Virus record (IMG/VR): IMGVR_UViG_3300042453_001086
Span: 64,001-128,000 of that record
Strand: one strand, 5' to 3'
Length of the DNA stretch: 64,000 nucleotides
Origin: a virus
The translations under genes and the position numbers were made by a program. Below are positions 29,641 to 40,300 of this stretch, one piece after another. Each line of letters opens with the position of its first letter. Within the stretch, counting starts at the first letter, position 1. The notes under the pieces were generated by a model. The model did not search any database, had not been told where the DNA came from, and saw nothing but the letters and a program-made list of their open reading frames with translations.

Positions 29641-30720
29641 TCAGTCAAGGCTGATGTTGAGGGTGATCTTAATCTGGTCACCGTTGTTCTGAATCTCGTA
29701 AGGACCGTTTGTGAATCTCTCAGCGTACATAATGGCGCTGTAGAGAGTTACGTCACTGTTACCAGTGAAAGCAGTACCACCCGAGGTTAGAAGTGAAGGT
29801 GTAGTTGTGAACTCAGTTGCCGAAGGTGTCTTATAAACGGTGTATGTGTTAGCAGCAACAGTACCACCAGCAGTTGAAGTACCACCAGCAACGTAGATTA
29901 CGTCGCCAGGTTGTAGTTGGTGAGCAGTGTCAGTTACAACTTTACCGAATGAGAACTCAACGGTAGGATCGGTAGCGTTCTGAATGTTAGCAGTTAGGTT
30001 AGCACTGAGGTATACTCTGTGACCGTTATAAGGAGAATCGGTTGCAGTGGTTCTCTCAATACCGATAACCTTGGTGTTTGCAGGGATAGCAGCGTTACCA
30101 CCAGCAATCATGCCGATTGTTAGATCGTCTACACCACCAAATGAAGCACTGTTAGCAGTAGTAGGAACGGTGATGAAGTTGGTGTTGATAAGACCAATAC
30201 AATCCTTAGTACCAGCAGCACCTGCTTCACCTTTGGTGATTGTAGTACCAGCAGAAGCAGTAGCACCATCAAGTACACCCTGAAGTGCTAGTGGCATGTT
30301 GTTGGCGCGGGTGATGTAGTAACCGTAAACGTTACCTGCAGCAGCAGTGAACGTAAAGGTTTGCTCTGGGTAGGTAGCAGTTGTAGTTCCACCAGACTGA
30401 GTAATCGCCCAACGCGAACCGTTTAGAAGAATACCGTACTGTGAATCATAGTCGTAACGGGCTTCTGTACGGTTGTTGACGCAAGTTGGATAACCAGTTT
30501 CAATAGATGAACCGTAACCGAAGCTGCCATCATTCTGATAAGGCTCGTAATAAGCAGACTGAGAAGGTACGTCGTTCTCAGCGGGAGTTGTATCTGATGA
30601 GAATAGTTTTAGAACAAGATCTCTAGGTGCGGTATCTTCTCTGTCAGCAACGTGATTGCTTTGGTTGATGAGATAACGTAGTGAGTCTAATTCACCAATA
30701 TTTGGAACTAGAAGTGCCAT
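29641..30720 (-). CDS. Conserved cyanophage-type virion structural protein (359 aa)
   Basis: MALLVPNIGELDSLRYL..., YPEQTFTFT.AAGNVYGYYI, YAERFTNGPY.IQNNGDQIKITLNISLD. The YGYY..ERF...P..I...GD.I.IT pattern recurs in small phage virion proteins. Confidence 0.7.
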   Translation of the reverse strand: MALLVPNIGELDSLRYLINQSNHVADREDTAPRDLVLKLFSSDTTPAENDVPSQSAYYEPYQNDGSFGYGSSIETGYPTCVNNRTEARYDYDSQYGILLNGSRWAITQSGGTTTATYPEQTFTFTAAAGNVYGYYITRANNMPLALQGVLDGATASAGTTITKGEAGAAGTKDCIGLINTNFITVPTTANSASFGGVDDLTIGMIAGGNAAIPANTKVIGIERTTATDSPYNGHRVYLSANLTANIQNATDPTVEFSFGKVVTDTAHQLQPGDVIYVAGGTSTAGGTVAANTYTVYKTPSATEFTTTPSLLTSGGTAFTGNSDVTLYSAIMYAERFTNGPYEIQNNGDQIKITLNISLD

Positions 30721-30753
30721 TTAAATTTCCTCCAGGGATTTCTCTTTTTCTTT

Positions 30754-30761
30754 TATTTATA
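30754..30761 (-). promoter_or_regulatory. T4-type late promoter TATAAATA
   Basis: Exact consensus upstream of 29641..30720, followed by a GGAGG SD near the start. Confidence 0.75.
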
Positions 30762-30790
30762 AGAATAGCAAAGTTGCATACATGTATTTA

Positions 30791-31483
30791 TCACAAATGA
30801 ACCTTCAATGCTATTAAAAATCTTTTTATATTTGATACCGCAATGACCTCATATTGAAGAACATCGCTAGCGTTTAATACTCTATTCCAACTAGTCAAAT
30901 CTTCATCTTTATTTTTTCTTTGCTGAGATCCATTTATAACACCTAGATATGGTTTTTCTGTTCCTGTGATAGAAACCATATCTGGGTAATTTTGATATGA
31001 AGATTTTTTGATGTCTAATAATAAAGTTCCAGGTTGATCCGCAACTATTGTCCACGAATCAATAGTGCCAGTGACATCTAAAGTTATTTCTCCTTTTATT
31101 CCTGGTTCCATATCAAATGAACCACTTTCAACAACATAGTTTATTGTTCTTGTTAAATCTGCTGTTGTTGCCATAGCAACACAGAAAAAATCAGAACCTT
31201 GTGCTGGCGGAGAAGTGAAAACAATAGTATTCCCAGATATTAAATAATCAACTTTTGGTTCTAAAATAATATTATTTAAAGATACCAATATTTGTTGCTC
31301 ATTTATAGGATAATATGGTTCATCATCTAAAGTTAGAGAAAATGATGTCGTTGAGTTGTTGAAGAGCAAACTAAAATCATCAAGTATCTCATTTAGATAC
31401 TGCAATGATTTTGAAGGAATCTGATAACTTATCCCTACTTTATATTGCTTTCTTCCACCTACAGTAACTCTATAATCAGTCAT
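30791..31483 (-). CDS. Conserved hypothetical structural-module protein (230 aa)
   Basis: LDDFS..FN.ST.SF.L, QILVSLNNIILEP.VDY.ISG..IVFTSPP module; coupled to the upstream gene. Confidence 0.6.
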   Translation of the reverse strand: MTDYRVTVGGRKQYKVGISYQIPSKSLQYLNEILDDFSLLFNNSTTSFSLTLDDEPYYPINEQQILVSLNNIILEPKVDYLISGNTIVFTSPPAQGSDFFCVAMATTADLTRTINYVVESGSFDMEPGIKGEITLDVTGTIDSWTIVADQPGTLLLDIKKSSYQNYPDMVSITGTEKPYLGVINGSQQRKNKDEDLTSWNRVLNASDVLQYEVIAVSNIKRFLIALKVHL

Positions 31484-31818
31484 TAGGTTACTCCTGGAGA
31501 AACTTCTACTATGCCTTCTACAACTCTAGTTTTAACTCCAGAGGGAGAAGTGATTACAACATCGTAAACATATCTCTTTGCAGTAAGAACTGATGACTGT
31601 TGAGGTGTAAGAGATAGTCTAATAACACCAGCTAGTCTATCCACAAACTCTACATTCATTGAATGAGATGTTGCGGAAGCAAATGAACGCTTCATTTTTG
31701 CCTCGGCAGTAAATCCTGTCAGATTTAGAGGCAATCCATTATCTTCATCAGCAATAGTTAATGTAGTATCAAAATTTGCGTTTTTTTCTACTGGTAGATT
31801 AATAGAATATGCAGACAT
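31483..31818 (-). CDS. Small virion structural protein (111 aa; LtfC/BppU-like)
   Basis: NLPVEKNANFDTTLT, PLNLTGFTAEAKM, G.IRLSLT.QQSS.L...RYVYDVVITSP.G.KTRVVEG.VEVSPGVT. Confidence 0.65.
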   Translation of the reverse strand: MSAYSINLPVEKNANFDTTLTIADEDNGLPLNLTGFTAEAKMKRSFASATSHSMNVEFVDRLAGVIRLSLTPQQSSVLTAKRYVYDVVITSPSGVKTRVVEGIVEVSPGVT

Positions 31819-32012
31819 TAATCCTCTGAGGATGTTTCCTCTATGTTTGTGGTTTCTTTAATAATGATCTCTAAGGTTTCCAATCCACCTTGCAGTTTGA
31901 GTTTGTATTCTTTGAGTTTTTCTAAATCAGATTGAAGTGTGTCGATTTTTTCATCAACTTCTTTAATTTGATTTTCAAAGTTTTGTTTCGTGCTAGTAAT
32001 AATGTTTTCCAT
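31818..32012 (-). CDS. Small coiled-coil hypothetical protein (64 aa)
   Basis: Heptad pattern (IDTLQSDLEKLKEYKLKLQGGLETL); tightly coupled to neighbours. Confidence 0.6.
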   Translation of the reverse strand: MENIITSTKQNFENQIKEVDEKIDTLQSDLEKLKEYKLKLQGGLETLEIIIKETTNIEETSSED

Positions 32013-32021
32013 GAATCTAAA

Positions 32022-35000
32022 TCAGAACATTTGTGTTTTTATAACTTTAACCTTTAGATTTGCAGTTGTAAGTAGATTGTTTGCAGTAAACAGCAATCTA
32101 ACTTCATTATTATTTATTTCAGCACTGAATGAACCGAGATAAACATCACTCACTAGAGTTGCATATTCAGTCATCAAAACATCTACATTATCATGGACTA
32201 ACATGATTTCTGTGGAGTGAACTCTAAGACCTTCTTCATTTTCAGTAACTTGAATCAAATACTTGCATGTGTTAGTTTTATCTTTATTGAACGAATCAAT
32301 AACATGTGGAGCATATGCAGTTATAAAATCAACACCTGGCTTTTCGTATGAACCAACAACAATAATACCATAGTTATCTTCAGTATTTCCAGACTGGTAA
32401 TATAGAATGGTTGGAGAATCAAACGGAACAGTAAAATATAAAATACCAGATTCTCTGTTAGTTACTCTTACTCCGTCTGAATAGTTTGATGATGGCGTGG
32501 TTTCTAGGGGTTCTAAAATATCTTTTGGTTCGGTTGTAATAAAGAATGGTTCACCTGCAACAGACAGATTGAACTTATAAGATTTTCCAGGAACTAAGTG
32601 TAGTGTTGGTAATGCACCTAGATTTTTATCAATGATTCTATCAACTATTCTATACTGACCGTTTAATAAGGATACATTAAAAACTGTAACTTGTTCTACA
32701 TCTTCGCCCAATCCAAGTTCAAGAACGTTTCCTTCGTCGTTTGATAAAGTTGGGAACTCGTTGTTTCCTAGTAATGTTCTTCTCTTGATATTTTCTAGTT
32801 TTCCTAAAGTTACACCTTTTTCTCTTAGTGCTAAAACTGACGACGAATCAATCTCAAATGTTCTCCAATCATACTTAACTACGCCTACATCACTGCTTCC
32901 AGATGTTTGACCACTGAAGAAACTAGCTCTTCTTATATCCAGTTCTGTGAATCCAGCATCATATCTAACACCAGATGTCACAAATCCTTCCGAAACATAT
33001 TCTCCTGGATCTGATGCCAAATCATATGTAAATGCAGTCGGTGATGTTACAGTAACTTGGAAAAATCCATTGTAACCATATGGGAAAATAGATTCCACTT
33101 CTACCCATTGATTATTTGTTAATCCATGTGCAGTTGTTGTGGTTAACGTTACTTTTAATGTGTTACCATCCCACACAGCAGAACTCACGTTTGTTGTGCT
33201 TCCTGTTTTTAGAACATTTAGTCTATTTCCACTTATAAGAACTGGGGAGTTTGTTGATGGAACAAGACCCTGTGTTACTGGAGAATACTTGCTAATTCCA
33301 GACAAAAATACTGATTCATTTGAAATACCAGTTCCCAATCTTGCTGGAGAAATGATACCAGAAACAATATTATTAGCATTGATGTTAGTACCACTAAACA
33401 CATTCCAGTTATCTGGATTGTTTACTGGTTCGTCGAGAAGAATATATGCTATTTCTGTGTCAGTCTGATACGCAACATCTCCAGGTATTGCGATAGTCAA
33501 TCCTAGTCTTTCTTCTTCATTTGCTACTGTAAAAACGTTTACTGGGTTTGCAGGTGGTAGCAACTCTGAGTTGATTCTTCCGTTGCTATCGAGAAGAACA
33601 AGTTGACCTGGAGCACGACTAGTTGTTTTATTTAATCCAATCAGATTTCCTAGTACTGAGGGTTTATTGATGTAATCTCTTACCGCTTTCTGTGTGGGTA
33701 GAGCAGTATTTTTTGAACCAGTGCCACCACCTAATGTGTCATCTGTAGAGAACTCATAGATTGGAACACCAGGAGATGCCTTTAACTGTAGTTCATCAAG
33801 AACGCCAAGAGCAACTGCTCCACTAAAAGTAGCTTTACCAGTTCTTAAATCTACTCGGAAGAAAGGACCAACAAAGAAGTTACCATCTTGATCGGTGGCA
33901 CTTACATATGATTTTCCACTGGAAGATTCTACTGATTGAAACTCTGCTCTAGATCTGCCACCATTTTGTGGTAAAGCAGTATAGTTAATACCAGCACCAA
34001 CATATTCAAAAGTGTGCCCTGAACTATTTACAGTAGATGGAGCTCGTAGTTGAATAGCAGTATTACTTACAATCAAACCTAAATCAGAATCTGGTATTTT
34101 AGGTTGTGTTGTGAGAACCGTAATATCTGTATCTTCTTCAAATCTACTAACAATATCCACAACATATTCAACACCACTTGGGTGTGGTGGTAGATTTATA
34201 GCAGGAAACTTAATAACATAGTTTGGAAGTGCTTTTGCATCAAACCCAGTTATCTCTATTTCAGTATAAGTTGCACCACCAGTAACTATTACTTCTCCTG
34301 TTTGACTTCCACTTAAAGTTTCATATACAGAGTTCCATGAAATATTTAATAATATTTCTACAATATTATCAGATAATACTATTCTGTTAACTTCTAAGGC
34401 AGTTCCATTAATATATGATTGTAATGCTGTTATAGCGGCACTGCTTGCTGGATTAGGAAGTATATGAGAATCAATGTTTAATGATTGATTGGGTTCAAAC
34501 TTACCAATATCTGTAGAAGAAACTTTCAAAAACATTCTAACTTTAGTGGCATCTTCTTCAAAAGATGTCATTATGATATTAGATGGAGAAGAGTTAAAGT
34601 TTGTCTTAGTGAGGTTATTGATCTCAGAAACGTTACCAATAAAGAATGGATATGGATTGTTGCTATATCCAATAGCTTTTAGACCTTCATTGCCAAAGTT
34701 GGTTGCTGAGTTTGTAATCGATGTGTATGCTCCACTTTCACATAATACACCAACATCTTCAAAAACTTCAAACACCGAAACCAACTGTGCATATCCATCA
34801 TTTTTTAAGTGGAAACCGATGCCACCAGAAACAACTTGTGTGAAAGCATCACACACCATAGATTTGATAGGAGTATTTGGTTCTAGTTGATCGCCATCAA
34901 CTAATATACCACCAGCTCTAGTTTTTCTAGCATCATAGGTTTCCACTCCATTGATAACTTCACTATAACTGTCTCCTAAAACAGAAATGGCAGAGCAGTT

Positions 35001-37103
35001 TTGTGTGTATGGAGATAAGAAAATTCTTTCTTTTGGTGGAATAAATCTAAACTTTCTGGCACTTAAGTTTGCTGTGGGTGTGGTTACTAATACTAGTTGA
35101 GTGTCGTTCGTTACCGATAAAATTTTATATGTAGTATCATTTGATGGATTAGAATCTAAATCATCAAATCTAATAAAACCACCAGCAAAACATTGTTCGG
35201 TAAACTTAGTATTTGTTCCTGTTACTGTGGGCGTGCTGGTTTGTAAAGAAACTCTGCCTTTACAAACAATACCATCTTGATCTGGATATGCTACAGCGTA
35301 TCTCCATGTTCTTGCGCCCTGTGTAACAACAGAACCACTAATATGTCTAGCAGGTTCTACAAGTGCTTGTTCACCTGTAAGAGGGTTGTTTATGTTTCTT
35401 GTTTTAATAGTAAGAACATTTCCATCGAGATCATCAACTTCCATCCATTCTTGATTCACCAGAACATATCCTGGACCAGGATTGATTCTGGGTGCATCAT
35501 TTCCATCAAGAATAGATATGACTATGGAAGTTAAGTTATCAATGTTAGTTACAACATTGGAGCAGTCTCCTTCAATAATAGTTCCATAATCTTCTACAAA
35601 CTCTGGATTATTGTTAACTGTTGCGGCGTCTTGAACATATGCTTTAGCAGCAAATGAAGCTCGGTTGAAAGCAAACTTAGTTTCTTCAAACTCGCCAACA
35701 ATGTGATCTAAATTTCCTAAAGCATCGAAATAAGACTGACCAACATCGATCGAATGCATGTTACCGCCATATTTTAGATCGTTGATCAATCCATCAATAA
35801 AATACCCAATATCTCTTTTACATGTTGCGTCTCCACCTTGATCTATGCCATCTGGAATAACTAGATCTGGATATTCCAGGACCATCTGATTAAAAGCATA
35901 ATCAATGATTTCTTGACGACGGAAAGTTAATATATTCGCTCCATCTTTAAATATCCCATCAACTCTTTTGAGTGTATGTCCAGGAAATAGATTGATTACT
36001 GTTTCTGAGGGACTTATTTCTCTATCTGCTCCAGTATTTAAAACACCAACCCCTCTAGATGCATCCGATGGGTTAGAAACATCACCATAGTTATCTCTAA
36101 AAACAAGATAGTTAATATAAGATCCACTAGTTACCCAAAGAAAATCTTTGCCGTCATTTAGAGGTCTAACGATAGTCTCTCTTAGGTTATCTCCAACTAT
36201 AGATGTACCTTTGGGAACATAGATAGGATTATCTTCATAATACTCTCCAGAGAACATTCTAATAGTAATGTTACCATTAGTATTTCTGGCAATCTCACAT
36301 GCTTTTTTGAGAGTTTTTACTGCATTTCGTACTGATAACCCACTTCTATCATCACTGCCATTTCCATTCACAAAAATAACAGTGCCAACTTCTTCTTCGC
36401 TGAGAGGAATGGGAATGCCCCACCCACCTGACGTTTTTGGTCCATAAAGATTTCTAGATGTAGTATCGATATAGAAATCGTTTATTTTTCCTAGAGTGCT
36501 AAGGGGAGCTCCTGATCCAGATAAGAACTGTTCCGACAATGAAATAGGTTCTGCCCAATCACCTTCTGTTTTTGGACCATATAAATCTCTTGAGGTTAAA
36601 TCAAGATAATAATCGTTATTTTTCCCTAAAGAAGAACTTGGTTCTCCTGACCCAGAAAGAAGTTGTGGAGATAATGAAGTGGCAGTTAAACTCCACCCAG
36701 ATTCTGTTTTTGGTCCAAATAGATCTTGTGTAGTCGTTTTAATGTAAAAACTACCAAGAACGCCATCAGAAGGAGATGGATTTGTTTCCCCAAATAAAAG
36801 ACCTTTGAAGTTTATTGGTTCAGTTGGCCAAACATTGTTTTCTTTGGGACCAAACAACTCTTCTGTAGTTGTGTTAATATAAAAATCACCATTGGTGCCA
36901 GTAGTATTTTCTGGGTCAGTTGTTCCATTTAGAAGCAATCCCGATGTTGGGTCGAGAGAGTTTCCAATGGCGTTGATAGCCGATACTATATCAGTTTGAG
37001 CAGTATTTAGTAAACTGAGATCACCAAGATCTTGACCAATATTGTTGATTACTTGACGTTGCTGCTCAAACGTATAGTTTTTTAAGACTTCTCTAAGTGC
37101 CAT
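32022..37103 (-). CDS. Tail fibre-like virion protein (1693 aa) with four N-terminal G..P...GDFYI..T..LYGPK..W repeats and a beta-helix-like core
   Basis: TFEQQRQ.IN.IG.D start; core homologous to the 1771-aa protein (SIVGDNLRETIV, SPYTQNCS, DQDGNFFVG.FFRVD..TG); C-terminal KYLIQ...HSTEIMLVHD domain. Confidence 0.65.
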   Translation of the reverse strand: MALREVLKNYTFEQQRQVINNIGQDLGDLSLLNTAQTDIVSAINAIGNSLDPTSGLLLNGTTDPENTTGTNGDFYINTTTEELFGPKENNVWPTEPINFKGLLFGETNPSPSDGVLGSFYIKTTTQDLFGPKTESGWSLTATSLSPQLLSGSGEPSSSLGKNNDYYLDLTSRDLYGPKTEGDWAEPISLSEQFLSGSGAPLSTLGKINDFYIDTTSRNLYGPKTSGGWGIPIPLSEEEVGTVIFVNGNGSDDRSGLSVRNAVKTLKKACEIARNTNGNITIRMFSGEYYEDNPIYVPKGTSIVGDNLRETIVRPLNDGKDFLWVTSGSYINYLVFRDNYGDVSNPSDASRGVGVLNTGADREISPSETVINLFPGHTLKRVDGIFKDGANILTFRRQEIIDYAFNQMVLEYPDLVIPDGIDQGGDATCKRDIGYFIDGLINDLKYGGNMHSIDVGQSYFDALGNLDHIVGEFEETKFAFNRASFAAKAYVQDAATVNNNPEFVEDYGTIIEGDCSNVVTNIDNLTSIVISILDGNDAPRINPGPGYVLVNQEWMEVDDLDGNVLTIKTRNINNPLTGEQALVEPARHISGSVVTQGARTWRYAVAYPDQDGIVCKGRVSLQTSTPTVTGTNTKFTEQCFAGGFIRFDDLDSNPSNDTTYKILSVTNDTQLVLVTTPTANLSARKFRFIPPKERIFLSPYTQNCSAISVLGDSYSEVINGVETYDARKTRAGGILVDGDQLEPNTPIKSMVCDAFTQVVSGGIGFHLKNDGYAQLVSVFEVFEDVGVLCESGAYTSITNSATNFGNEGLKAIGYSNNPYPFFIGNVSEINNLTKTNFNSSPSNIIMTSFEEDATKVRMFLKVSSTDIGKFEPNQSLNIDSHILPNPASSAAITALQSYINGTALEVNRIVLSDNIVEILLNISWNSVYETLSGSQTGEVIVTGGATYTEIEITGFDAKALPNYVIKFPAINLPPHPSGVEYVVDIVSRFEEDTDITVLTTQPKIPDSDLGLIVSNTAIQLRAPSTVNSSGHTFEYVGAGINYTALPQNGGRSRAEFQSVESSSGKSYVSATDQDGNFFVGPFFRVDLRTGKATFSGAVALGVLDELQLKASPGVPIYEFSTDDTLGGGTGSKNTALPTQKAVRDYINKPSVLGNLIGLNKTTSRAPGQLVLLDSNGRINSELLPPANPVNVFTVANEEERLGLTIAIPGDVAYQTDTEIAYILLDEPVNNPDNWNVFSGTNINANNIVSGIISPARLGTGISNESVFLSGISKYSPVTQGLVPSTNSPVLISGNRLNVLKTGSTTNVSSAVWDGNTLKVTLTTTTAHGLTNNQWVEVESIFPYGYNGFFQVTVTSPTAFTYDLASDPGEYVSEGFVTSGVRYDAGFTELDIRRASFFSGQTSGSSDVGVVKYDWRTFEIDSSSVLALREKGVTLGKLENIKRRTLLGNNEFPTLSNDEGNVLELGLGEDVEQVTVFNVSLLNGQYRIVDRIIDKNLGALPTLHLVPGKSYKFNLSVAGEPFFITTEPKDILEPLETTPSSNYSDGVRVTNRESGILYFTVPFDSPTILYYQSGNTEDNYGIIVVGSYEKPGVDFITAYAPHVIDSFNKDKTNTCKYLIQVTENEEGLRVHSTEIMLVHDNVDVLMTEYATLVSDVYLGSFSAEINNNEVRLLFTANNLLTTANLKVKVIKTQMF

Positions 37104-37314
37104 GTTCTTTTATAAACTCTCGTAGAAGGGATTTTAATTCTAGCATTTCATTTTTCAATACCTCGATATCAGAGTTCATCTGAGAAAGATTCAGATTATT
37201 TCTTCTGATACGTCTAGACTGTTCAAATACTTCTTTATCAGTATTTATAATCGCTCCTGTATGCCTGTCACGATAAAGGTTGTCGTAACCTTCTACTGGT
37301 ATATAATCTTTCAT
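37093..37314 (-). CDS. Conserved small hypothetical protein downstream of the VrlC-like gene (probable start at MKDY)
   Basis: VEGYDNLYRD..TGAIINTD...DIEVLKNEM.ELKSLL; start trimmed to the ATG right after the upstream TAA. Confidence 0.7.
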   Translation of the reverse strand: MKDYIPVEGYDNLYRDRHTGAIINTDKEVFEQSRRIRRNNLNLSQMNSDIEVLKNEMLELKSLLREFIKEHGT

Positions 37315-37315
37315 T

Positions 37316-40300
37316 TTAGTATGAAGCAACGATTCTCACATCTTGAACCTTGGGCACAAAAACGGGTTGAGAACTTCTCATTACAATTTTTACTCCATAT
37401 GAAGAAAACTCATTTAGACCAGATACGCTATACTTATATTCTTTATAAGAAGATTGAGATTCTAGATACGCAGCAATAGTGTTATCCGAAGAAGGTAACA
37501 CTGGTACATCTGGTTCCCCAGATTGATTAAATGGGGTCCAATCTAAATCATCAAAGTTGTATTGTGATGATACATCTTTAGTTTTATAATACACTAAAAT
37601 ATCATCACTATTAAATACATTCGCGGTCAATCTTACATCTACTGATGTAGAACCATTTTCTATAACTATTTCTTTGGTGGTATATTCCGCTAAAGAAGAA
37701 GTGTTATTAGTAGAAGTGTCTGGCACATATAATACACCAGGAGTATAATCAATCTGTTTTATTTCGGTGAAAGATTCTGTTCCAGATACAATACCTTGAT
37801 AAGACAGTAAATCACCAACACGGAAAATATCTGCCTCCTGTGTAGCAACAGAAGTATCTTTTCTAGCGTAGATTGATCCAAATGTCGCTGCACTTGTGTA
37901 GTTATCATTCAATGGTTTTTTGTTATTAGAAACTGTTAACTCTCTTCTAGAAGAATCCCAGTTAATAATTTTTCCTTGAATGAGACCAGTGTATGTTTTT
38001 TCTACATCTGTTTTTTCTATTGCAACCACATCTGTACCAACTACAAATTCTGGAACAACTTCGATTGGTGATGCAGACCCAACAAAAACTGATGTATCAG
38101 TTGGGTTGTTTCTAAAGATAAGATTTTCAGAAGGTTGGAATAAAGTGTCGGTTGACATCTTCACATAAAGTTGACCAGAATCTAGTTTAACTATAGTTCC
38201 TACAGCTTTACTGGTAAACCCAGTTACTATAGCAGGCACCGATGGACTTCCAACATCAATATTTAAAGGATTTTGTGAAGTAATCTGGAATCTATATACT
38301 GGATAGAATTTCAGTACTTGATCTCGTCTCCCATATCTATTTTCATATCCAGAAGGTTTTTCGATAATATTATTGATTAGTTTCACTGAGCAAAGACGTA
38401 AATCAACAACTGGTGATAGGAATGATGATGTAGAAGACATCTCAATCTTATATGACAATGATTTTTCAGTTATTGTTTGGTTCTTTAACTCATTCAACCT
38501 AGACATTACAACCTTTTGGTTATCGAAGAAATGCTCTTCGTTTAAGAAAGTTCTCTCGTATCCATTATTATCTAGTGATTGTGAGTATGTCGAATAAGTT
38601 ACAGAACCAGAATCTACAGGAACAATATTTGTTGTCTTAATACTTGATAGAACAGTGGTATTGTCAAAAGATAAGAAACCTATTTGTGCATATGATTTTT
38701 CAAACTTCTTATTGTAAGATGCTTTAACAGTTGATCCACCACCAAATAACGTAGAAGTTGCTGGGATTTCTGATTTGATGTTATAGAAGTTAGATCCACT
38801 GTTATAAACTTTGAAGAAGCTATTATTCAAGTAATCATCCGATATTCCAGCAATAGTCTGTGCATTCTTGAACGAAACATATGATTTACCACTATCTTCA
38901 AATCCATTATGTCTATGATTTATTTTTACAATAGATTTGTTGTTCTTGAATAGCTCGGAAGTTGCATTTGTTGAAGCAGATGAATCCGTTTCGATTGGAT
39001 TTGGGTCTAATAACTCATACCCTAAATCTTCGTTAGTTAACTCAATAATAGCAGTTTTTGAAGTATCAAATTGAGCTCTGTAAATAGTAAACTTAATATC
39101 TTCAAAAATATCTTCTACCCAAGTATTGATATTTTGCGAACGGAATACAGATCCCAATAGTGGTTGTGAAGTTACCGCAGAGTTTGTTGAAACTTCGGTT
39201 TGCCCTAGTTCAGAAGTCCAAATACTATAATCAATAGAATCACTTTCTACTACGAAAGCATATTCTGTATTATTTTGCAAATAGACTGGATATTCAAACT
39301 TAAACTTGGTTGGGGTAGTAGAATCTGTAGCAATATCCGAACCAGGATCAACGGCAACACCCATTCTTATAGCAGGTGTATCGATAGTAAGGATAGATTC
39401 TATTACAGCCCCACTTGGAGCAGTGCCTGTGCCAGTGATGATAACTGATGGTGCTTCGGTGTATCCAGAACCATTGATTATCAAAGAACTTTCAAAAACG
39501 TTTCCGTCGTAGCATTTTCCAGATGCAGTTGCAACTGCTCCACCAGGAAGTTGTGGACTTTCTATAGTTAGATTGACAGTTTCATATCCAGATCCCATAT
39601 TTTTAATATACAATCCAGTTATTCTTCCAGAATCTTTTGCTGTAGTTACTTTCAAATCAGTATTTGAAGTAGCATTGAAACTAGTGAGAGATGTAAACAA
39701 TAGATTTTCATTCTGTTTAAAATCAACTCCATTGTGATTACTTAAAACTACAGTGTAAACCTGATCATTATTTAATGTAAATCTATTTTGAGTGTCTACG
39801 GGTAGTTCAGCACCATTTCTATCAATAACGGTCTTGAGTGGTCCAGAAGCTCCAGACACTTGACCAACTGCATTTTCTCCTTTTGTGATCTTGAGAACAC
39901 CGTTGGTGTAAACTTTAATATAGGTGTCTGGCAGTAAAACAGATTCCGAACCAGGAACAACATAGTTTCCAGGTTTCCCAGATTCAATGTTAGTTAGATA
40001 AACTTTTACTGGTATGCTACTACTTTTTTTGTTGAAGAACAGATCCATTCCAGTAACAAATACTCCACCAGGAGTATTCTCTATCTTAAATGATTGTGAG
40101 ATTGGATTTGGTTTTACAGAAGCTCCACCTACAGTCTGCACTCCTTCATCTGATCTAAACTTAGCTGGATATGTAGAAACTATTGAAGATGGTTGTTGTG
40201 GTAATGCACCAGTTGCATAATAGTTGACTTCGGTATAAGAATCAACACTACTATCATTTTTTCCATCTACACTAGTAGTAAATCTGATAGTTTTGATACC

